Part shown: one piece after another, positions 44,328 through 57,300 of the stretch
How positions within the stretch are numbered: position 1 is the first letter of the stretch
Layout of the letters: every line of letters begins with the position of its first letter
NCBI RefSeq assembly: GCF_009914755.1
Contig: NC_060940.1
Length of the DNA: 64,000 bases
Strand: one strand, 5' to 3'
Source: the human T2T-CHM13v2.0 reference genome, Homo sapiens
The notes under the pieces: model-generated
Seen by the model: the letters and a program-made list of their open reading frames with translations, nothing else
What the model was told of the DNA's origin: nothing
The model's database searches: none
Made by a program: the position numbers and the translations under genes

Positions 44328-47300
44328 TCATTTCCATTCAATGATTCCATTCGAGTCCATTTGATCATTCTGGTAGGGTCCGTTCGATGTTGATTCCATT
44401 GGAGTGCATTCGATGATTCCATTCGAGTCCATTTTATGATTTGATTCGAGTCCTTTCGATGATTCCATTAGATTCCACTCGATGATGATTTCATTCGAGT
44501 CCATTCGACACTTCCAATCGATTCCATTTGATGTTTCCATTCGAGTCCAATTGATGATTCCATTCAATTCCATTCGATGATGATTCCGTACGATTCCATT
44601 CTGTGATGATTCCATGTGATTGCATTCAATGATGATTCCTTTCGACTGCATTCGATTATGATTCATTTCGTGTTCATTCTATGGTTCCACAGGTTTCCAT
44701 TCGATGACGTTTCCGTTCGTGTCCATTCCATTATTCCATTCTATTTCATTTGATGATGATTCCATTCGATTCCATTCATTGGTGATTCCACTCAATTCCA
44801 TTCAATGATTCCATTCCATTTCTTTCAACAATGATTCCATTACTTTCTATTCGATGATCCACTTGATTCCATTTGGCGATGATTCCATTCGTGTCCATTC
44901 GATGATTCCATTTGATTCCATATGATGATGATTCCATTCGATTCCATACCATGATGATTCCATTCGAGTCCATTCAATGGTGATTCCATTCAATTCCATT
45001 CGATGATTCCTTCCGATTCCATTCGATGATGATGGCATTCGATTCCTTTCAATCATTCCCTTTGATTCCATTCAAAGGTGATTTCATTCAAGTCCATTCG
45101 ATAATTGCATTCGATTCCATTCTATGATGATTCCATTCGAGTCCATTTGATGATTGCATTCAATTCAAGTCAATGATGATTCCATTTAATTCCACTCGAT
45201 GATTCCATTGGATTCCATTCGATGATGATTCCATTCAAATCCATTCGATAATTCAATTCAAGTCCATTCGATGATGATTCCAATCGAATCCATTCAAAGA
45301 TTCCATTCAATTCCATTCGATGATGATTCCCTTAGATTCCATTCGATGATTCCACTTGATTCCATTTACGATGATTCCATTCGATTCCATGTGATGAATC
45401 CATTCAATTCTATTCAATGATGTTTCCATTTGATTCCATTGGACCATGATTGCCTTTGATTCCATTCAATGATTCCATTCGGTTCCATTTGATGATGATT
45501 CCGTTCGATTCCATTTCATTATTCCATTTGATTCCATTGGATGAGTCCATTCGATTACATTCGATGATTATTCCATTCGAGTGCATTAGATGATTGCATT
45601 CGAGTCCATTCGATGATTCCATTCGATTCCATTCGATGTTGATTCTGTTCAAATCCATTCGATGATTCCACTCGATTCCATTCGATGACTCCATTTGATC
45701 CCATTCGATGATTTCCTGTGATTCCCTTTGATGATCATTCTATTTGATTCAATTCGGTGATTTCATTTCATTCCATTCAGTGATGTTTCCATTCGACTGT
45801 ATTCGATGATGATTCCATTCGACTCCATTCGATTATGATTTCATTCAATTCCATTCAATAATGATTCCCTTCGAGTCCATTCGATGATTCCATTCGATTC
45901 CATTCATCGATGATTTGATTCGTTTCCATTCGATGATTCCATTTGATTCCACTTGATGATGATTCCATTCGAGTCCATTTGATGATTCCATTCGAGTCTA
46001 TTTATGTATTATATTCGTGTCCACTTCATGATTCCATTCAATTCCATTTAATGTTGATTCCATTTGATTCCATTTGATGATTCAGTTCGATTCCTTGCAA
46101 TGATTCCCTACGATTCCTTTCTATGATGATTCCATTCGATTCCATTCATTGATGATTTCATTCGACTCCATTCGATGATGATTCCTTTCGATTCCATTTG
46201 ACGATGTTTCCATTCGAGTCCATTCGATGATGATTCTATTCAATTCTGTTCTATTATGATTCCATTCGATTTCATTCAATGCTTCTATTTGATTCCATTC
46301 GATGATGATTCCATCTCTTTCCCTTCGATGATTCCATTTGATTCCATTCAGTGATGATTCCATTTGATTCCATCTGATGATGATTTCACTTGATTCATTT
46401 CAATGATGATTCCATTCAAGTCCATTCGATGATTCCATTGGAGTCCAAACGATCATTCCGTTCGATTCCATTCAATGGTGATTCCATTCATGTCCATTCG
46501 ATGAATCCATTCAATTCCATTCGATGATGACTCCATTCGAGTACATTCGATGATTCCATTTGATTCCATTTGAAGATGATTCCATTCAATTCCATTCGAA
46601 GATGATTCCATTCAATTCCATTCGATGATGATTCCGTATGAATCCATTCTCTGATTATTCCATTCGATTCCATTCATTGACGATTCCATTCAATTCCATT
46701 CAATGATGATTCTCTTCTATTCCATTCGATGATTCCGGTCGATTCCATTCGATGATGATTCCATTAGATTCCATTCGATTGTTGCATTCGATTCCCTTCG
46801 ATGATGATTCCTTTGAATTCCATTTGATTATCATTCCGTATGAATCCATTTGATGATTATTCCATTGGATTCCTTTCAATGATGATTCCATTCGATTCCA
46901 TTTGATGATGTTTCTCTTGTATTCCATTGGATAATTCCTTTCAGTTCCCTTCGATGATTATTCTTTCGAGTCAATTCGATGATTCTATTCCATTCCCTTC
47001 GATGATGATTCCATTTCACTCCATTTGATGATTCCATTCGACTCAATTTGGTGATGATTCAATTCGATGACATTCGATGACTCCATTCAATTTCATTTGA
47101 TGATGATTACATTCGAGTCCATTTGATGATTGTATTCCTTTCCTTTTGATGATTATTCCATTCGTGTCTATTCAAAGGTTCCATTCTATTCCATTCAATG
47201 ATGATTGCATTTGATTCCATTCAATGATTATGGCTATCGATTCCACTCGTTGATTCCATTTGATTCCGTTCGATGATTATTCCGTTAGATTCCATTAGAA

Positions 47301-48457
47301 GATTCCATTCTATTTTATTCAATGATTCCAATGGATTCCATTCAATGATGATTCCATTCGACTCCATTCAGTGATTCCATTCGAGTCCATTTGATGATTC
47401 CATTCTTTTCCATTTGATGATGATTCCATTAGGGTCCATTCAATGATTCCATTCGAGTCCATTCGTTAATGCCTTTCGAGTCCTTTTGATCACTACATTC
47501 GAGTCCATTCAATGATTCTATTCGATTCCATTCCATGATGATTCCATTCGAGTTCATTCGATGATTGCATTCGAGTCCATTTGATGATTCCATATGATTC
47601 CCTTCGACAATGATTTCATTCGTGTCCATTTGATGATTCCATTCATTTCCTATCGATGAAGATTCCATTCGAGTGTATTCGATGATTCCATTCAAATCCA
47701 TTCGATGATGATTCCATTCCAGTCCATTCGATCATTCCACTTGATTCCATTTGATGACTATTCCATTCAAATCCATTTGATGATTCCATTCGATTCCATT
47801 CGATGTTACCATTCGAGTATATACGATGATTCCACTCGATTCCATTTGATGATTATTCCATTGGAGTCCACTTAGTGAATCCTTTAGATTCTACTCGAAG
47901 ATGATTCCATTCGAGTCCATTCGATGATACCATTCAATTCCATTCGTTGATGCTTCAATTCAAGTGCATTCGATGATATCATTCGATTCCATTTGATGAT
48001 AATTCCATTTGATTGCATGCGATGATTCTATTCGATTCCATTCAATGATAATTCCATTCAATTCAGTGATTCCTCTGGACTCCATTTGATGATGATTCCA
48101 TTCAATGATTCCATTCGATTCTATTCGAAAATGATTCCATTTGAATCCATTTGATGATGATTCCATTGGATTCCATTTGATGATTCCATTCGATTCCATT
48201 CGATGATGATTCCATTCGATTCCTTTTGATGATTCCATTCTATTGTATTCGATGATGATTCCATTCGATTCCATTCGATGATGATTGGATTCGATTCCAT
48301 TTGATGATTTCATTTGATTCCATTCGATAATGATTTCGATCAATTCCATTCGATGATTCCATTCGATTCCATTCGATAATGATTACATCCGAGTCCATTC
48401 GATGATTCCATTTGAGCCCGTTCGATAATTCCATTTGAGTCCAATCAATGATTCCAT
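44328..48457 (+). repeat. Rearranged unit (4130 bp) carrying a non-unit segment
   Basis: 6112 + 16 + 3 - 3832 + 1831 = 4130, matching landmark spacing 44328 to 48458. Confidence 0.85.
45994..47824 (+). repeat. 1831-bp more degenerate HSat2 segment that is not part of the 6112-bp unit
   Basis: Contains words not seen elsewhere in the window (TTTATGTATTATATTCG, CCTTGCAATG, TCTCTTTCCCTT, GGTCGATT, TATGGCTATCG, TAATGCCTTT) and pseudo-ORFs that occur once (46121, 46488, 46700, 47429). The unit pattern stops at 45993 and resumes at 47825. Confidence 0.85.
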
Positions 48458-51400
48458 TCATTTCCATTCAATGATTCCATTCGAGTCCATTTGATCATTC
48501 CGGTAAGGTCCGTTCGATGTTGATTCCATTGGAGTGCATTCGATGATTCCATTCGAGTCCATTTTAGGATTTGATTCGAGTCCTTTCGATGATTCCATTC
48601 GATTCCACTCGATGATTTCATTCGAGTCCATTCGACACTTCCAATCGATTCCATTTGATGTTTCCATTCGATTCCAATTGATGATTCCATTCAATTCCAT
48701 TCGATGATGATTCCGTACGATTCCATTCTGTGATGATTCCATGTGATTGCATTCAATGATGATTCCTTTCGATTGCATTCGATTATGATTCATTTCGTGT
48801 TCATTCTATGGTTCCACAGGTTTCCATTCGATGATGTTTCCATTCGTGTCCATTCCATGATTCCATTCTATTCCATTTGAAGATGATTCCATTCGATTCC
48901 GTTCATTGGTGATTCCACTCAATTCCATTCAATGATTCCATTCCATTTCTTTCAACAATGATTCCATTAGTTTCTATTCGATGATCCACTTGATTCCATT
49001 TGACGATGATTCCATTCGTGTCCATTCGATGATTCCATTTGATTCCATATGATGATGATTCCATTCGATTCCATACGATGATGATTCCATTCGAGTCCAT
49101 TCAATGGTGATTCCATTCAATTCCATTCGATGATTCCTTTCGATTCCATTCAATGATGATGGCATTCAATTCCTTTCGATCATTCCCTTTGATTCCATTC
49201 AAAGGTGATTTCATTCAAGTCCATTCGATAATTGCATTCGATTCCATTCTATGATGATTCCATTCGAGTCCATTTGATGATTCCATTCAATTCAAGTCAA
49301 TGATGATTCCATTCGATTCCACTCGATGATTCCATTGGATTCCATTCGATGATGATTCCATTCAAATCCATTCGATAATTCAATTCAAGTCCATTCGATG
49401 ATGATTCCGATCGAATCCATTCAAAGATTCCACTCAATTCCATTCGATGATGATTCCCTTAGATTCCATTCGATGATTCCACTTGATTCCATTTACGATG
49501 ATTCCATTCGATTCCATGTGATGATTCCATTCAATTCTATTCAATGATGTTTCCACTTGATTCCATTCGAACATGATTGCCTTTGATACCATTCAATGAT
49601 TCCATACGGTTCCATTTGATGATGATTCCATTCGAGTGCATTAGATGATTCCATTCGAGTCCATTCGATGATTCCATTCGATTCCATTCGATGTTGATTC
49701 TGTTCAAATCCATTCGATGATTCCACTCGATTCCATTCGATGACTCCATTTGATCCCATTCGATGATTTCCTTTGATTCCCTTTGATGATCATTCCATTT
49801 GATTCAATTCGGTGATTTTATTTGATTCCATTCAGTGATGTTTCCATTCAACTCCTTTCGATGATGATTCCATTCGACTCCATTCGATTATGATTTCATG
49901 CAATTCCATTCGATAATGATTCCCTTCAAGTCCATTCGATGATTCCATTCGATTCCATTCAACGATGATTTGATTCGTGTCCATTCGATGATTCCATTTG
50001 ATTCCATTTGATGATGATTCCATTCGAGTCCCTTTGATGATTCCATTCAATTCCATTCTCCGATGATTTCTTTTGAGCCCATTCAATGCTTCCACTCGAT
50101 TCCATATGATGATGACTCCATTTGATGAAATTCCATGATGATTCCATTCGCTTGCATTCGATGATGATTCCACTTGAGTCCGTTAGAAGATTCTATTCAA
50201 TTACATTCCATGACGATTCTGTTCGAGTCCATTTGATGATTCCATTAGACTCCATTCGACGATGATTCCATTCGATGTTATTCGATGATGATTCCATTCA
50301 ACTCCATTCGATGTTTCCATTCGAGTTCATTCTATTATTCCATTAGATTCCATTCGATGATGATTCCATTCGATTCCATTTGATGATTGCATTCTATTTC
50401 ATTTGATGATGATTCCATTCGAGTCCATTCGATGATTCCATTCGAGTCCATTTAATGAATCCATTGGTTTCAATTCTATGATGATTACATTGGATTCCAT
50501 TCGTTGATGATTTCATTCGATTCCATTCAATGATGATTCCATTCAATTCCATTCAATGATTCCACTGAATTCCATACGATGATGATTCCATTTGATTTGA
50601 TTCGACAGTGAGCCATTCGATTCAATTCCATGATGATTCTATTTGATTCAATTGGTTGACATTTCCATTCGATTCCATTCGATGATGATTCCATTTGATT
50701 CCATTCAAAGATGATTCCATTCTAGCCCATTCAATCATTCCATTCGATTCTATTCAATGATGATTCCATTCATGTCGATTTGGTGATTCCATTTGACTTC
50801 ATTTGATGATGATTCCTTTCAAGTTCATTAGATGATTCCATTCGATTCCATTTGATGATGATCCCATTCGAGTCTATTCAGTGATTCCACTCGTTTCCAT
50901 TCCATGATGATTCCATTCCATTCCATTCAATGATTCCATTCGATTCCGTTTGATGATGATTTCATTCGAGTCCATTTGATGATTCCATTTGATTCCATTT
51001 GATGATGATTACATTCGAGTCCATACGATGATTCCACTCAATTCCATATGATGATGATTCCATTCGATTCCATTCGATGATTCCAGTCTATTCTATTCAA
51101 TGGTGATTCCATTCGAGTACATTAGATGATTCCATTCGATTCCATTCAATGATGATTCTATTTGTGTCCCTTAGATGGTTCCACATGATTCCATTTCATG
51201 ATGATACTATTTGAGCCCATCCAATGATTCCCTTCGATTCCATTCGATGAGGATTCCATTCGATTCAATTCATTGGTGATTCTATTCAATTCAATTCTTT
51301 GATTCCATTCCATTCCATTCGACAATGATTCCATTCGATTTCCTTCGATGATTCCACTCCATTCCACTTGACATTGATTCCATTCGATTCCATTCAATGA

Positions 51401-54359
51401 TTCCGTTTCATTCCAGTGGATGATGATTGCCATCGATTCCATTCGATCACTCCATTCTATTCCATTTGATGATGATTACATTCGATTCCATTTGATGATT
51501 CCATCTGATTCTATTCGAGGATTCCATTTGATTCCATTCGATGATGATTCCATTCGAGTGCATTTGATGATTTCATTCGAGTACATCCAATGATTCCATT
51601 CGAGTCCATTTGATGATTCCATTTGATTCCATTTGATTATGATTCTACTAGAGTCCATTCAATGACTCCCTTCGAATCCATTCAACAATTCCATTCGAGG
51701 CCATTCGATGATTCCATTTCATGATTCCATTCGAGTCCATTTAATCATTACAGTCGAGTCCATTTGGTGATTCCACTGGATTTCTTTTGATAATGATACC
51801 ATTCAATTACATTTGATGATGATCCCATTCAATTTCATTTGATGGTGATTCCATTAGAGTCCATTCGATGATTTCATTCGAGTCCCTTCATTGATTCCAT
51901 CCGATTTCATTGGATGATGACTCCATTCGAGTCCATTCGATGATTCCACTCGATTCCATTAGATGATTCCATTGGAGTCCATTTGATTGTTCCATTCGAT
52001 TCTATTCGATTCCTTTCGAAGATTATTCCATTTGAGTCCATTCGATGATGATTCCATTCCATTCCATTCCATGATTCCGTTTGATTCCATTCGATGATTC
52101 CCTTCGATTCCTTTCTTTGATGATTCCATTCCATTCCATTCAATGATTCCATTCGAATCTATTCCATGATGATTCCTTTCGATTCCATTCGCTGATGTTT
52201 CCGTTCAATTCCATTCGATGATGATTCCATTCGATTCCATTCATTGAGGATTCCATTTGATTCCATTCAATGATGATTCCATTCTATTCCATTCAATGAT
52301 TGCATTCAATTCCATTCAATGATTATCCCCTTAGAGTAAACTCAACGATTCCATTCAATACCATTCGATGATGATTCCTTTTGAGTCCATTCAATGATTT
52401 CATTCAAGTCCATTTGACGATTCCTTTCAATTCCCTTCTATGATGATTCACTTCTCGTCCATTGGATGATTCCATTTCATTCCATTCGATGATGATTCCA
52501 TTCGATTCCATTCGATGATTCCGTTCGATTGCATTCGATGATTCCATTATATTCCAGTCAACGATGATTCCATTCGAGTCCATTCGATGATTCCTTTAGA
52601 GTACATTTAATGATTGCTTTGTTTTCAATTCGAAGATGATTACATTGGATTCCATTCTATGATACCATTCGATTCCATTCAATGATGATTCCACTCAAAT
52701 CCATTGGATGATTCCATTCGTGTCCATTCGGTGATTTCATTAGATTCCATTCGAGGATGATTCCATTCGATTCCATTCGATGATTCCATTCAATTCCATT
52801 CGATGATGATTCCATTCCAGTCCATATGATCATTCCATTTGATTTCATTCGATGATGATTCCATTCGATTCCATTCGATGATTCCATTCTATTCCATTCG
52901 ATGATGATTCCATTCGAGTCCATTCGATGATTCCATTCGAGTCCATTTAATGATTCCATTGGGTTCAATTCAATGATGATTACATTGGATTCCGTTCTAT
53001 GATTCCATTCAATTCCGTTCATTGACAATTTGATTCCATTCGATGATGATTCCATTTGAGTTCATTCGATGATTCTATTCGATTCTCTTCGATGGTGATT
53101 CAATTCTATTATATTGGATGATTCCATTCGATTCCATTTGATGTTGATTCAATTCGATTCTATTCGATGATGATTCCATTGGATTTCACTTGATGATTCT
53201 ATTCGATTCCATTCAATGATGATTCACTTCTCGTCCATTGGATGATTCCATTTCATTCCATTCGATGATGATTCCATTCGATTCCATTCGATGATTCCAT
53301 TTGATTCCATGCGTCGGTGAGCAATTCGATTCAATTCCATGATGATTCTATTTGATTCAATTAGATGATGTTTCCATTCGAATCCATTCCATGATTATTC
53401 CATTGGAATCCATTCGGCGATGATTCCATATGAGTCAATTCAATGATGATTCCATATGGGTCCGTTCGATGATAATTCCATTTGATTTCATTCGGTGCTT
53501 CTATTCAATTCCAGTCGATGATGATTCCGTTGGAGTCCATACGATGATTCCATTTGATTTCATTTGATGATGATTCCATTCGATGATGATTACATTGGAT
53601 TCCATTCTATGATTCCATTCAATTCCATTCGTTGATGATTCGATTCCATTCAATGATGATTCCATTTGAGTTCATTCGATGATTCTATTCGATTCCGTTC
53701 GATGGTGATTCAATTCTCTTATATTGGATGAATCCACTCGATTCCATTTGATGATTATTCCATTGGAGTCCACTTAGTGAATCCTTCAGATTCTACTCGA
53801 AGATGATTCCATTCAAGTCCATTCGATGATACCATTCAATTCCATTCGTTGATGCTTCCATTCAAGTGCATTCGATGATATCATTCGATTCCATTTGATG
53901 ATAATTCCATTTGATTCCATGCGATGATTCTATTCGATTCCATTCAATGATAATTCCATTCAGTTCAGTGATTCCTCTGGACTCCATTTGATGATGATTC
54001 CATTCAATGATTCCATTCGATTCTATTCGAAAATGATTCCATTTGAATCCATTTGATGATGATTCCATTAGATTCCATTTGGTGATTCCATTCGATTCCA
54101 TGCGACGATGATTCCATTCGATTCCATGTGATGATTCCATTCTATTCTATTCGATGATGATTCCATTCGATTCCATTCGATGATGATTGGATTCGATTCC
54201 ATTTGATGATTTCATTTGATTCCATTCGTTAATGATTTCGATCAACTCCATTCGATGATTCCATTCGATTCCATTCGATAATGATTACATCCGTGTCCAT
54301 TCAGTGATTCCATTTGAGCCCGTTCAATAATTCCATTTGAGTCCAACCAATGATTCCAT
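48458..54359 (+). repeat. Diverged unit with multiple small indels (5902 bp)
   Basis: 6112 -3 +16 +3 -72 -23 -170 -10 +49 = 5902. The indels are visible near 48612, 48830, 49448, 49625, 50283, 51000, 51712 and 52445. Confidence 0.85.
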
Positions 54360-57300
54360 TCATTTCCATTCAATGATTCCATTCGAGTCCATTTGATCAT
54401 TCCGGTAGGGTCCATTCGATGTTGATTCCATTGGAGTGCATTCGATGATTCCATTCGAGTCTATTTTATGATTTGATTCGAGTCCTTTCGATGATTCCAT
54501 TCGATTCCACTCGATGATGATTTCATTCGAGTCCATTCGACACTTCCAATCGATTCCATTTGATGTTTCCATTCGAGTCCAATTGATGATTCCATTCAAT
54601 TCCATTCGATGATGATTCCGTACGATTCCATTCTGTGATGATTCCATGTGATTGCATTCAATGATGATTCCTTTAGATTGCATTCGATTGTGATTCATTT
54701 CGTCTTCATTCTATGGTTCCACAGGTTTCCATTCATGTCCATTCCATTATTCCATTCTATTCCATTTGATGATGATTCCATTCGATTCCATTCATTGGTG
54801 ATTCCACTCAATTCCATTCAATGATTCCATTCCATTTCTTTCAACAATGATTCCATTAGTTTCTAATCGATGATCCACTTGATTCCATTTGACGACGATT
54901 CCATTCTTGTCCATTCGATGATTCCATTTGATTCCATATGATGATGATTCCATTCGATTCCATACCATGATGATTCCATTCGAGTCCATTCAATGGTGAT
55001 TCCATTCAATTCCATTCGATGATTCCTTTCGATTCCATTCGATGATGATGGCATTCGATTCCTTTCAATCATTCCCTTTGATTCCATTCAAAGGTGATTT
55101 CATTCAAGTCCATTCGATAATTGCATTCGATTCCATTCTATGATGATTCCATTCGAGTCCATTTGATGATTCCATTCAATTCAAGTCAATGATGATTCCA
55201 TTCGATTCCATTCGATGATTCCATTGGATTCCATTCGATGATGATTCCATTCAAATCCATTCGATAATTCAATTCAAGTCCATTCGATGATGATTAAAAT
55301 CGAATCCATTCAAAGATTCCATTCAGTTCCATTCGATGATTCCCTTAGATTCTATTCGATGATTCCACTTGATTCCATTTACGATGATTCCATTCGATTC
55401 CATGTGATGATTCCATTCAATTCTATTCAATGCTGTTTCCATTTGATTCCATTCGACCATGATTGCCTTTGATTCCATTCAATGACTCCATTCGGTTCCC
55501 TTTGATGATGATTCCGTTCGATTCCATTTCATTATTCCATTTGATTCCATTGGATGAGTCCATTCGATTACATTCGATGATTATTCCATTCGAGTGCATT
55601 AGATGATTCCATTCGAGTCCATTCGATGATTCCATTCGATGTTGATTCTGTTCAAATCCATTCGATGATTCCACTCGATTCCATTCGATGACTCCAGTTG
55701 ATCCCATTCGATGATTTCCTTTGATTCCCTTTGATGATCATTCCATTTGATTCAATTCGGTGATTTCATTTGATTCCATTCAGTGATGTTTCCATTCGAC
55801 TCCATTCGATGATGATTCCATTCGACTCCATTCGATTATGATTTCATTCAATTCCATTCGATAATGATTCCCTTCGAGTCCATTCGATGATTCCATTCGA
55901 TTCCATTCAACGATGATTTGATTCGTGTCCATTCGATGATTCCATTTGATTCCACTTGATGATGATTCCATTCGAGTCCATTTGATGATTCCATTCAATT
56001 CCATTCTCCGATGATTTCTTTTGAGCCCATTCAATGCTTCCACTCGATTCCATATGATGATGACTCCATTCGATGAAATTCGATGATGATTCCATTCGCT
56101 TGCATTCGATGATGATTCCACTTGAGTCCATTAGAAGATTCTATTCAATTACATTCCATGACGATTCCGTTCGAGTCCATTTGATGATTCCATTAGACTC
56201 CATTCGATGATGATTCCATTCGATGTTATTCGATGATTCCATTCGATCTCATTCGATGATGATTCCATTCAACTCCATTCGATGTTTCCATTCGAGTTCA
56301 TTCTATTATTCCATTAGATTCCATTCGATGATGATTCCATTCGATTCCATTTGATGATTGCATTCTATTTCATTTGATGATGATTCCATTCGAGTCCACT
56401 CGATGATTCCATTCGAGTCCATTTAATGAATCCATTGGTTTCAATTCTATGATGATTACATTGGATTACATTCGTTGATGATTTCATTCGGATCCATTCA
56501 ATGATGATTCCATTCAATTCCTTTCAATGTTTCCATTCAATTCCATACGATGATGATTCCATTTGATTTGATTCGACAGTGAGCCATTCGATTCAATTCC
56601 ATGATGATTCTATTTGATTCAATTGGTTGACATTTACATTCGATTCCATTCGATGATGATTCCCTTTGATTCCGTTCAAAGATGATTCCATTCTAGCCCA
56701 TTCAATCATTCCATTCGATTCTATTCAATGATGATTCCATTCATGTCGATTTGGTGATTCCATTTGACTTCATTTGATGATGATTCCTTTCAAGTTCATT
56801 AGATGATTCCATTCGATTCCATTTGATGATGATCCCATTCGAGTCCATTCAGTGATTCCACTCGTTTCCATTCCATGATGATTCCATTCCATTCCATTCA
56901 ATGATTCCATTCGATTCCGTTTGATGATGATTTCATTCGAGTCCATTTGATGATTCCATTTGATTCCATTCGATGATGATTCCATTCGAGTCCATTCGAT
57001 GATTCTATTCGAATCCATTTGATGATTTCTTTTGATTATAGTTGGTGATGATTCCATTGGAGTCCATTCAATGATTCCATTTGATTCCAATCGATGGTGA
57101 TTCCATTAGAGTCCATTTAATGATTCCATTTGATTCCAGTCTCTGATGATTACATTCGAGTCCATACGATGATTCCACTGAATTCCATATGATGATGATT
57201 CCATTCGATTCCATTCGATGATTCCATTCTATTCTATTCAATGGTGATTCCATTCGAGTACATTAGATGATTCCATTCGATTCCATTCAATGATGATTCT

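Noticed and set aside
45994-47824. Mobile element (Alu/L1/LTR) insertion
   Set aside because: The segment is itself CATTC-derived, has no poly(A) tail, target-site duplication or terminal repeats, and replaces rather than interrupts unit sequence.
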